64,000 nucleotides of DNA from the human T2T-CHM13v2.0 reference genome, Homo sapiens: assembly GCF_009914755.1 (NCBI RefSeq), contig NC_060939.1, one strand, 5' to 3'. The notes beneath the pieces were generated by a model. It did not search any database, had not been told where the DNA came from, and was given only the letters and a program-made list of their open reading frames with translations. Below, one piece after another: positions 52,193 through 64,000 of the stretch (its first letter is position 1; each line of letters begins with the position of its first letter). A program made the position numbers and the translations under genes.

Positions 52193-52591
52193 AAGATTAT
52201 TTTATTAAGATATCCCAAAGAAAAACTGGTCCAAAGGGTGTGAACGTATTTGTGTTTATGACTTTTTTTTTTTTTTTTTTTTTTTGTAGAGACAGGGTCC
52301 TGCTGTATTGCCCAGGCTGGTCACTATGACCCTTGATACAACTTGCAAAATTGCTTTCCAGTGAATTTAACCAACTTGCAACCTCCACAGGGTATGAGTA
52401 CTTATTTCACCATACCCTCTCCAACACTGGGAAGTAGGTTTTTAAATTTTTTGTTAATTCAGTATGTGGAAAATGGTACTCCACATTTTATAATTTACAT
52501 TTCTATTTTAAATAAAGCAGAAAAATTCCAATTGTTTGTTTAACTTTGTTAAATTTTCTGTTTAACTGTTCATTTATTTTTTGTTTTCGGG

Positions 52592-52592
<1 letters not shown>

Positions 52593-52632
<40 letters not shown>

Positions 52633-52775
52633 AATAAGTTCTTTGTTGCCCAGGCTGGAGTGTAGTGGCACAATCATAGCTCACTACAGCCTTGAACTCC
52701 TTGGCCCAAGTGATCCTCCCACCTCAGCCTTCTGAGTAGCTGGGACTACAGGTGCATACCACCATACCCAGCTAA
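52593..52775 (-). mobile_element. FRAM / Alu right monomer with (TG)n tail
   Basis: (TG)n 52593-52629 followed by a monomer. Confidence 0.8.
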
Positions 52776-53336
52776 CTCTCTTAACTATTTACTAAATAAT
52801 TTTGATGACTCATATAAGGGAGACAGTAGGTCTTTCCAGCAGAAGGAGCACTGGGAACTCAAGGTGAATTAAACAGTCTGAGCTCTGCTTCTTTATCTAT
52901 AAAATGGTCAGCTTCTAGAATCAAATGAGATACATCATGTAAAATACTCAGTGAAAAATTAGAAGTGCTTTATAAAGATAACGAATAGAGCATTAATAGT
53001 ATTACTTACACTCCCTCTAGGGCCTAGAGCGCTAAGATTCACAAATGGAACGGTTGCAAGAAAAATGTCCTGTGTTAAGGAGCCAGTCAGGCCAAAGACC
53101 AAACAGATTTTCACCAAGAGATAAATGCAGAATCTTTTCTCTGCCCTAATTTTTCTGAACAGGCTAAAACAATCCATGTTGGCCAAGATTTGGAGTTGAT
53201 CTAGTACAAAGTTACCCTGGCTTTCAACCAAAATTTTTCAGACACTTGGCTAAGAGAGCAAGTGCATATAAATAAGAACCTGTTTTTCCTTAGGGGGAAA
53301 TCTACTGCTAATGGAAAAAGAAGATACCCCACTTCT

Positions 53337-53693
<357 letters not shown>

Positions 53694-54210
53694 TTAATGA
53701 ATGAACTCGTAAATGTGACTGTGTGACAGAGTATGCATAAGACTCAACTATATGTCCCTGTTGGTGGTGCTTTTTACTTGTATGTTGGTTGGCTCGTTGC
53801 ATTCACAAGAATGTATTTTACAGCTGTATTCAGACTGCCAACCAGAAAATGCAAAACAGTGTTATGTTTACATAATAATGGGTGAGTCTGAGAGTAATTA
53901 AAATGTTTTCTTCTGTTATTTTTCCACATATTTATGAATAAGATATTATTCCTTACATTTAAAAATGTAAAGAAAGTTCCATGTGATCAAATATCTGAGT
54001 GATAAATGAAAAATATGATTTTTAAAATGTTTCTCAAATACCTGCATATTTTGAAATATGAAAATGAAAAATAAAAACTCACCAGTCTGACTAGGAGGAA
54101 ATATCCTGCTGCCTGTGTTGGCTGGATGTGGGCAGCACAGATATTTGTGTGTCCGTCCAGGGTTGGGCCTGCAGGGAACCAACCGGAGACAAAAAACAAT
54201 TTTACTTTCC

Positions 54211-54349
54211 TTTTTTTTTTTTTTTTTTTTTTGAGATGGGGGTCTCACTGTGTTGCCTAGGCTGGTCTTGAACTCCTGGGCTCAAATGATCTTCCCACCT
54301 CCACCTCTTAAAATGCCTGGATTACAGGCGTGAGACACTGCTCTTGGCC
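54211..54349 (-). mobile_element. FLAM
   Basis: Monomer; ACTTTCCT on both flanks. Confidence 0.82.
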
Positions 54350-55286
54350 ACACTTTCCTCTTTACTATAGGAAAACAACGTAAAAGGATAAGATTGATGA
54401 TAAATGGGCTTGGTGATATTGACAAAAAGGGGAAGAGGGGCTACTTTTGCCTGGACCCCAGCCCTGTGTACACTGGTCAGGGCTTCTCCCTGCATGCAGA
54501 ATGCCAGCCCCTATTCAAGAGACATGGAAAGGCCATGACATGGATATTGTTTTAGAGAGAGGGAGAGAGAGATGGAAAACCCAGATTTCTCTGTGAACTC
54601 TTCCAATCTTTTTGACAAGTACTTCAAATTTTTAAAATACTGTGGGAGCCTCACAAACATTTTTGTGTCCTGTCTGGTTCGTTGGTCACCAGTTTGCGCC
54701 CCCTAGATGCGCACTGGATCAGTAGTGGGTTTGTCATGTTCTGAAGCTCTCAAGGCTGCTTTGAAGCCTCAGTTTGTCCTGTGTGCAGGCGAGGACCCGG
54801 GCAGGTGGGTGAGTCCCGCTTGGGCGCTGCCTGGGTGTGCTCTGCTCCAGCATGCGTCGGTCGAGAGTGAGTGAGAATACGTCTGTGAGCGGTCAGGTGA
54901 ACCGGGTCTGACCTGCCCAGGTAAGGTGGTGGAAGAATAGGAAATGGCCCTGTGAAAAAAAAATTTCTGCTAATTGGTCTCCAGACGCCTGCAGTCTCCC
55001 CCAGCCTCTTCTCTGGGACCAGGCAGCCACCCACCTGCTATGACCAGCCCGGGGAGGGGACGGGACTGGCTCTGGTGTCTCTTCTGGTCCGGGCACAACT
55101 GGATTCAGCACTAATGACGGACTCTACCCCAGCGGAGCGCTGGACCCTGGCAGGAGTCGCAGGCTGCCCGCTGCTGGCCCGCGGACCGGCACCCCCTCCC
55201 CCAAAGCTGTTGCCATGGCCACAGGGGACATTTGATGTGAAGCGCGGCTCCCCCCTCTCCACTCGCTTTCTCCGCTCGCCTTCAGG

Positions 55287-55296
55287 ATGACGTCAT
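55287..55296. promoter_or_regulatory. Palindromic CRE/ATF site
   Basis: ATGACGTCAT. Confidence 0.55.
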
Positions 55297-56498
55297 GAAC
55301 ATCCGTGGCCCTGACAGGCCACCCGTGGGTTGGTCTCAGCTTTAAAGCAGCTGTTCTCCTCTGGCCCGGCAGCCGCGGCGACTGTGTTTGCACCCGGCGG
55401 ACCATGCCAGGACTACGGACCCGGACAGGACTGATGGCCTCAGAGAGGCAAGTATTCAAGGGGCACTTCACAAACAGCTTCCTCAAACCCCACCCCCTCC
55501 CCCGCACTGCGCTGCTACTTGCACTGCGGCTCCTGGGGGGAAGCAAAGTGCCGGCAGCTGGGTGGTGAGGGGCTTTCTTCCAGAAAGAAACGGAGAGCAA
55601 GTGGTCTTCCTCCCTAGCCGCGGCGACCCATGCCAGGTAAAAATCCCAGCCGAGGTCCCCGGTCCCGTCCCCTCCTCCAGGTCAAGGGCTCGGGACTGGA
55701 GAAGCAGCCAACTGGAGCTGATATTCGGGAAGCTAAGCCTGAGGCTGCTCTGGAGGGCCGGAGAAGCGAGCGGCCAGGCTTGGCACCCGCCAAATGTGCC
55801 TTGCCAAAATGAAGAGGAAGGAAGGCGACTCCGGAGCCCAGCAGGTGAGCGCTCCTACGGGATGCTGGGCAGGCTAGAGGTGTGGGGGCGTCTGGTTCCA
55901 GTACCTGCCCGGGGCGACGCGGAAACCCAGCTTGCAGTTTGTTTCGCTCGGTCCCGCGCCCAGTAGGAGAAAGACGGCCCCACAGCCTCGCGGGAGCCGG
56001 CTCTCGCAACCCAGCCGCCCCAAGCCCGCCGTCGCCCCTCCTCCCGCGCTTCTCGCCCCTGATTCTAGATGCAGCTGACTTGTTGCATGCAGAAGAGCAG
56101 CTGGGTTCGGCGTTCCAAGCCTCTCCTCTTTGCTTTGCCTGCCACCAGATCTGAGCGCCAGGCTGGCCAGCACCCAGAGAGCCCAGAGCCGCAGGAAAAA
56201 ATGTGAAAAGTACCAGGAGACCACTGGGTAATCGCCCCAGTGCAAAGGGCCTTTCTTCCTACCCACCGCAATTGCAGCAAATAACTCCAGGGAGGGGAAT
56301 CAGAGGCGCCGGGGATTGCGCCCTGGGAGAGCCCTATCTGCTGAAAGAGAGCGCCTAATGCCGTTACTTCCCAGTGTAGCCTTTCCACTCGGCAGACCAA
56401 GCGCCTCTCCTTCGAGTCGCTACCCGCTTGGAGTCGGCTCAGAATCAGGCTGCTAAAGGTCCCTGGAGCCCCTCCCCCAGCGAATCCGAGCCTGCAGC

Positions 56499-56524
56499 TT
56501 CAGCACCAGAGGCTGGACAGCGCC
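56499..56524 (+). promoter_or_regulatory. Non-canonical RE1/NRSE (REST site) with a 7-bp spacer
   Basis: TTCAGCACC-AGAGGCT-GGACAGCGCC; both half sites match the consensus. Confidence 0.7.
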
Positions 56525-59500
56525 CCGGCCCTAGGGTGCCCATGGTCGGTGCCTGCGCACGGCTCGGCCTCCCAGCCCACGCCACTTGCGCTCGCGGCCC
56601 CTCAGACCCCACGCGGAGGAGGTCAGGAGGTGACACAGGTTCGCGGAAGAAAGCGGGACTCATCTTCCTCATTTCTCCAGGGATTTAGGTGTGGGATTCT
56701 AGGAGAGCATTCTCTCTCGCTCTGGCCACGACCAGTGGAAAAACTTGGCGCCAAATTTAGGCAGTGGTGCGGGGAGCAGAGGCACGATTGCAGGCGGTGA
56801 GCAAAGGGGCAAGCGGGACAGAGGATCTACTGTGAGCCCCAGGCTCTGGTGTTCCGTGAAAAATCGCCACATTTAAATCCTGCGCTCCCCCGTGCTCCCT
56901 CTCGCTCTCTCCCCCTTCCTTTTTCCCTTCCTTCCTTCCTCCCCGCGCTCTCTGTATGCCTTAATAGGAGTGAGTGAAAGGGAAAGAGTGGGGTGGAGGG
57001 AGAAGATATTGAAGCCGAGGTAAGAAGCACATTTTATCTAGGTCTCAAAACTCAAGCGTGGATGAAATCTGTTCAAAAAGAACATCAAGGTACGCGTTTT
57101 TTTACCCAAAGGAGCCCAAAGTGACCTTTGTATGAGGAGCAAAGATTATTGTTTGGCCAAGAAGGGGAAAGATAGCGGAGGGAGAGGCGCTATCACAAAA
57201 GGGCTAACGGAGGTGGAGAAGGAAGGGAAAGGACAGGACTTGGGCACTAGCATGCTTACCAGGCAACCAGTCGCAGCACCTGCCTCCTGTTGCCTTGGTT
57301 ACGGTGGGTGGCGGGGCTTTGGCCACTGATAATCGGTGAGCACCTTGACTATTTAAAATATCTCCTGGGGAGCCCCTGCCTTGTCTGGGCTAGGTGAGAG
57401 GCACATCGATCCCGCGTAAGGCCCCGTCTGGGGAAATCCTGGAAGATGTTTGTTTTTTGTTTGTTTGTTTTTATTTTAAGTAAAGGCGCATAGCAGAGCA
57501 ACTTACCTTTCCACCACTACAGTCATCCCCTCCCCCCTCCACCCCATGGCTTCATTTCTCCAGGATTTACAATTTGGGCTTTTATATTTTTCATTTAGTC
57601 CTTTATACTGAAGGAGCTGAGTTCCTATCCCCACCCTCTCTTTTTCCCCCTTAAAATGAGAAAAAAAAAATTGCTTTTCCTGGATGTACAGGAGGGAGAC
57701 AAGGAAATTGTCCAGGGGTGTCTACTGTAGAGAGAAACTTTCTCCCTGGTTTGATAGTCATCCCTGCCCCACTAAACCACTCCCCTCAGGGGAGAGAGGG
57801 CTGAATTCTGGATTACCCCCACTTCTCACCTTGCCCCATAGACCACATAGAAAGCACAGGTAGAGGGAAACGTGTCTCCCTTAGCAGATGGACACTAGCA
57901 TCACTCTCATTTGATTCCTCAAGATTCTCTTCTCTTCTTCCTCCCCAGCATGGCCTTCATAATTAGCAAATACAGCACCTAAAGCTTCTAACCCTCTGAG
58001 TTTTTCTGTTTCCCTTGATTGACAAACATTGACTCCACTTTCACCTGTCAGCCTTGCCCTGCCTATGTCCATTAGAAACATCTGGGTAGGAAATTATTTT
58101 ACTCATAATTTTCCAAAGGCAGCTGTAACATTCTCAGAATGATTTGAGAGGAAATCGCTAGCAAGTTACCAGAACAGCCTGTGCTCTGTGCACTGTTTCA
58201 TCTCAAATAAGTCTAAGTGCCATGAACGTTCTCTTTCCCGAAAAACAGCAACAATAACAACAACAAAAAGAAGTTTGTTTTAAACTGAGATATTACTTGA
58301 CAACACGGGGTTGGAGAACATTTCTGTTTCAGGCAGGAACTGTGATATCTTTATCTGTGATGCCCTGAACCATAAACACACAGGTCTTTTCTTTTCTCCT
58401 CTTGTTCTCTTCTTTTCTCTCCATTTCCCTCATTTATTATTAATATAAGAATTTTTATTCATTATAATTTCAGCATAAGTTTAAAAGGTCAAAAATTCGC
58501 TCGGTGAACTGACTTGATAGTTTTGCGGGTATTTACATTAAAATGCTTTTAAAATGCTTTTCTCTCCCATGTTACTATAGAAACTTCCCTTTAGACCAGA
58601 CCAGACAGCTGGTCTGCTTTTTGTACTTTTCTTCCCAAAGAAGTGCTTTCCTTTATGAATTGTCCGGGGCAGCTATCATTGATCACATCAGTAATGTCCC
58701 ATAGCAACAGTTGTGTGGTTTTTTTTAATTATTATTCACTTTCTGCTTATTTTCTTTATGGACAAAGGGTCTACTTTCAAGAAGATAACTGAGCTCTTAT
58801 TGGCTGGAAAGGAAGAAGCATTCTTTCATTGGTTGGTGTGTATTGCCTTGTCAACCAATAAGAGGATGCCATTTATCCTTTTCTGACTAGCTGAGTGAGC
58901 AGGGTACACAGAAGGATTGAATCTGCCTTAGTTCCATCCAGTAGCAAAGGACAGAACTCAGAGTCCTGGACTCAGGATCTGGAATTGACTTTGGCTAATC
59001 CAGATTGCACTGACTTGCAAGGATGACATTTTTTACCTACCTATTCGCAGCTTACTTCAACATACCTGCCTTATACATTGTCCTATGGCTTTTTTCCCCC
59101 TTCATTTTAGGAGATACTGTGATCATCTTTCCAAGTCAGTGCAGGTTATTGTTACCAGCACACTGAGGGTCCAGAGAATTTTGTGATTTCCCCTAAAAAT
59201 AGATAATTGGTCCTCATTATTAGAGATTTGGTGAAAACTTTTGGAGATGAAGATGGAAAGCTAGAAGTCGGAAGAACTGCATTGCTTGTGATGCAGAATG
59301 GATATCTCAGCTTTTGGATTCACTCTACTCAGCTCTCAGCTTTGGTGTTTTGTGTTTGGTGTTTGGTGTCCTCTTCACTTTGATTTTTATTTGTCTGTTT
59401 TTCCACTTTCATTCTTCAGAGCTGCGCTTTTGGCCTGAATTTTCAGTGACAAATAGAAAAGCTGAATGGATGGAGACAATGACTCTTTAATTCAATGTAA

Positions 59501-60151
59501 GAGCTGACTCATCGCTTCCCAGGAAGACTTGTTGCAGGTAGGTGATGGTTATCCTGGAACTGGAGATTATCCCAGTCCTTTGTTGCACTGGCAATGGGCA
59601 GGTCTGTTTATTTTTCTCTTTTTTCCTGCACCAAATAGTCCTACTCAGGGATGCTGGCATTGGTCCCCACTTCCCTAAAAGAGGGGAAGTCAAAGTTCTT
59701 TCCCTTTCAGGACAGAAACTCTCTGATAACAGCCCGGAAGAAGTCTTAATGTGAGTACAGACCACTTCAGTCAGTCTTTTTTTGGTTCTTGGCAGGAGGG
59801 GATACTGGGAATGGATAGATGCCTGATCATCACGGTGCTATCAAGAGCCATATTCTTTATTGGCCCCATCTGTGCCAGAGTTCAGCGGTACCATGAGCCC
59901 TAGTGCTAGACTATTAGCCCTTCAACATTAGGAGCTATGTCTTGTACCCCTTTGATTCCCTCAAACTCAGTTGTGCTTAAAGTAGGGCTGAACAAATGTT
60001 TGAACTAAATCCTACTGGCTAGTATTAAGACAAATAGCTTATCTTCTTCTTTATGAGAATGGTAGCTCTAGACCTGGACCCTCCCCCTCCAAATCAAAAG
60101 CTTCATATTCCCTAGCCCTCTTCACAAAAGATAAATTAAGGCTCAGTTAAT

Positions 60152-60167
60152 TGTTACCATGGTAACA
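60152..60167. promoter_or_regulatory. RFX X-box (perfect palindrome)
   Basis: TGTTACCATGGTAACA. Confidence 0.65.
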
Positions 60168-62010
60168 TGGAGTGGCCACATTGAGGATCCCCATCATCCA
60201 TTACTGTCATGAGGTAAAAGAGAGGAGGGGTTTGGGATCATTGTCATGGAGGAAACCATGGAAACAAGCGTTGCTAAGGGAACAGCTCTAAATTCAGAGG
60301 AAAGAAATTAGAAGTGGGGAGTGGAAGTTGGTGGGCTCAAGGGCAGGTCATTTTTTCAAAATATATTTCTTTGAGACTACAGCAGCCTCTTTTATTGCTT
60401 GCATCTTCTCCCAATTCAGATAGAGCCCAGAATTAAAGAATTTTGAAAACTAGGGCCACAATCAGTTCAAATTCATCTTCATTGGATCTGTAAGGAAAAA
60501 GCCAATGAAAATGGATTTACCCTGTTCACACCTCACAATCCTACTCTGTCTCTGAACTCTGCTTCTTTGCCAACCAGTTTCATTTATCACGGGCCAGGCT
60601 GTGCGCGAGGCACTTGGAAGAATAATGAGTGAGAGTCCCTGCTCTCATAGTGAGCTTCTAGCAGGGCAGTGGTTTGGGTGGTGGCTTTAGGGCCAGGGTT
60701 GCTCATGTAAGCTAGATCAGTCAGTCCTGCAAGCTGACATCCAGAGAGATGCTGTGGTTCTCTCCAAACTCTCTTTGTGGTGCATTTTAGCTTGTCTATT
60801 ACTTCTCAAAGTTTATTTGCCAGGTCCCTAAGAAAGGCCTGTTTTTCCTAGAAATACCTAGGGTGCTAAGCTCTCCTATTAACCAAGGGGTTACCTTAGT
60901 TAGCATTGTTCTCTAATGGTACCCTCAGGTCCTTGTCTCTAAAACAATTCAAGGTTGAAGGACTAACCCTCCTCTCAACAGTGGCAAAGAGGCACGGGGC
61001 TATTTTTTTTTTTTTTTTGTAAAAGAAATTAAAGACCACACATCCATCTCTGTTTCTTGATAGATTAAAGGATGGGGAAAGGAGGTCTCAGTTTTCTACA
61101 GCTGGGAATTTCAGAGCCAGCACCTCACTGCGGGGTGGACTGAAGAGGGTCATAAAGAGCCTCTGGGGGAGGAACACCTCTCCCTTACATCTTCCACAAA
61201 AGAACTTATTGGTTTTTCTCAGACCCATGGCAGAGATGTGCCCTGTCTCAGGCTGACAGCTGGAAGGGGCTGGGACTCAGAGCTAGGTATTGCCAGTCTT
61301 CTCCATGACTCCCCCCACTCCTCCTGCTCCTGAGCGTCTCCATCACCAGGCAAGCCCCCACCCCCATTCTGGATAGAGAGAATAAACCCAAGGATGGAAG
61401 GGTGGGCTAAAGAGGAAGTGCTCACAATTAAAAAGAGAAAGAATTAAAAGCAGCACCAATAGGGAAGGGTAATTATCCTTCAGTTGCTGCAGAAATACAA
61501 TTAGGGCCATGCTCTCTGAGCCGCCAGGATATTGTGGCTTTTGCTAATTAAGGAGCGGATGTGTCCTGCCAGCGCAATTAGAGGCTGGCCCAGGCAGCAG
61601 GGGCTTTGCCTCTCCTCCACCAGTGCCACACTGCAAGGGAAATTAACCAGGGAGCCCAGCGCTGTGCCTGCAGGGAGGGGATGACTGGGCCAGGATTCCA
61701 CCAGCCTCCTGTCCACAACCATTTCCCCTTTTCCTCTTCCTGCTCTGCTTACCCCAGCACCACCACTCTGACTTCATTCTGAAGCTTCCAGGGCTCAGTA
61801 ACCACAGGAAGAATTTTCACCATGGGCCATGCCCATAGGCTTCCAGAAGGGGGAGGCACCAGTAGAGAGGGGTCACCATTTCCAAGCTCTAGTTTCTCTT
61901 CTCCATGGTGGTTCAGTGCTTTATGATTAGTAAAGGAAAGAGAGAAATGAGCCACTTGCCTGCTTCTCTTTAAAAATAATTCCCCTGTTTGTAAAGGAAA
62001 TATGCTCAAA

Positions 62011-62309
62011 TTGGGTGCAGTGGCTCACGTCTATAATCCCAGCACTTTGAGAGGCTGAGGCAGGAGGATCACTTGAGCCCAGGAGTTCAAGACCAGCCTG
62101 GGCAATATACTGAGACCTTGTCTTTACTAAAAAAAAAAAAAAAAAAAAAAAATTAGCTGTAGTCTCAGCTACTAGGGAGGCTGAGGTGGAAGAATCACTT
62201 GAACACTCGAGTCTGGAAGGTTGAAGCTGGAGTGAGCTGTGATTGCACCACTGCACTACAGCCTGGGTGACAGAGCAAGACCCTGTCTCACCAAAACAAA
62301 ACAAAACAA
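62011..62309 (+). mobile_element. AluJ
   Basis: Dimer with expanded middle A-tract. Confidence 0.9.
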
Positions 62310-63264
62310 CTGTGTCCATTATAGAAAGTAGAACACTCCAGAAAAAAGGGAAAAGTAAGAAAAAATAATTTCTCCAGGGAATTCTGAGGTGAGGAGAGGT
62401 GTTCAAAGATGAACTTAGTAATAGGAGCGGAGACAACGCCTCGCCTGAAGGAGCATCCAGACCGCTGACCTGGTGGCGAGGGGAGGGGGGTGGTCCTCGA
62501 ACGCCTTGCAGAACTGGCCTGGATACAGAGTGGACCGGCTGGCCCCATCTGGAAGACTAGTGATTTTGTTGTTGTCTTACTGCGCTCAACAACAAATCCC
62601 AGTCTACCTAATGGTGCCAGCCATCGCAGCGGGGTGCAGGAAATGGGGGCAGCCCCCCTTTTTGGCTATCCTTCCACGTGTTCTTTTTTGTATCTTTTGT
62701 GTTTCCTAGAAAACATCTCAGGTCACCACCCTAAACACCCATCGGCAGACTCTTCCAGAAACATGGACAAACTATGGTGTGAGCAGGGAAGTGGGGCAGG
62801 GTCTCTGTTTTCAGGGAGCAGTGGACTGCTTCCATACCACTACCTGAAGGGCAGGGGGAGAAAAACCCTCCTTAATTACTAATTCCCCCAACAATCACTT
62901 TGGGGCACCTATAATGGAGGCACCTTGTGACTCCACATCCTGGGGCTCAGGGCCTCATTGTCTGTGGCCCGACAGCCACAGTGTATGCGGGCACCGAGAG
63001 GTATGCACTGGAGACCGAGGTTCCCGGATGTTCAGTGTACCTGGCAGCAGGGGGGACACACCTGACCTCGGAGCTTGTCTGGTGCCTGCTCCACAGCTGA
63101 GGGAGTGGACTTGTGTGTATGGAATTTCTTGGTCCCAGTACCTGCCTCTGTGCTGCTACATCCAGAGGTGTGGCCAAGGGAAAAAAGCCCAGTGCTTGGG
63201 GACCATCCCCCACTGTGGCAGGAATACAATTAGAATTAGTGATCAGAAAAAGCATTTCCCAGCC

Positions 63265-63598
<334 letters not shown>

Positions 63599-64000
63599 TC
63601 CCAGCCTTTCTGCCTGGGATCCCTCTGCCTGGGGGGTACCTTGCCCTAAGGTGAGCACCAAGTTACAGTGATGACACTTTCAGTGGAGATTAATTTTCAA
63701 GCAACAAATCCAAATGCCCTCCCTATTCCTAAGTATATTCCCACCCTCCTCCATCCATACAGCAGAGGAGACTAAAGCATATTACAAACTAAAGTTGGGG
63801 GTTGGGGATCGTACTCATTTAGGGAATGCTAAAAATGCAACCATTAGCTGAGCTCATTCTACCTCTTCCGGTTGCTAGCTGTGTGACCTCTGGCAAGGCA
63901 CTTGACCTCTCTGAACCAAGTCAGCCCTTCACTTCTACCCAGAGACTTTGGCTGCCTCTGCTTCTGCTGCTCCCTATCCTACAAACTGGCTCTCTTCTTC

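Larger units (their letters stand above)
54780..57420. promoter_or_regulatory. CpG island (non-repeat), probable promoter or enhancer
   Basis: Abrupt rise in GC and CpG density in unique sequence (CCGCGG, GCGC, CGCG sites); no supportable CDS. Confidence 0.8.

Noticed and set aside
54750-57329. Overlapping ORFs in the CpG island (up to 192 aa)
   Set aside because: Present in all frames on both strands, as expected for GC-rich DNA; no recognisable protein, so no gene symbol assigned
60333-60350. DR5-like retinoic acid element GGCTCA-N5-AGGTCA
   Set aside because: First half-site deviates from RGKTCA; single weak match

Overview
Primate, most likely human, non-coding genomic DNA dominated by transposable elements. 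No host protein-coding exon, RNA gene or CRISPR array can be supported. Bases 1-13.5 kb are a four-level nest of retroelements. An SVA (2298-5193, with a short 5' transduction) sits in the end of ORF2 of a full-length L1PA3-like LINE-1 (1909-10890). That L1 sits in gag of a HERV-H provirus (LTR7 12437-12890, tRNA-His PBS, RT lacking the YxDD segment), which sits in an old L1M 3' fragment. The three young elements are all on the minus strand, and target-site duplications are readable for the SVA and the L1. From 13.5 to 54 kb the sequence is ordinary Alu/L1M/L2/MIR/MaLR/MER-rich DNA with several small rearrangement scars. From 54.7 to 63 kb there is a CpG island followed by repeat-poor sequence carrying a non-canonical REST site, a palindromic CRE, a cluster of RFX X-boxes, homeodomain motifs and possible lncRNA splice sites. 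I cannot name the locus. Repeat subfamily calls come from recalled consensus features, not from alignment.
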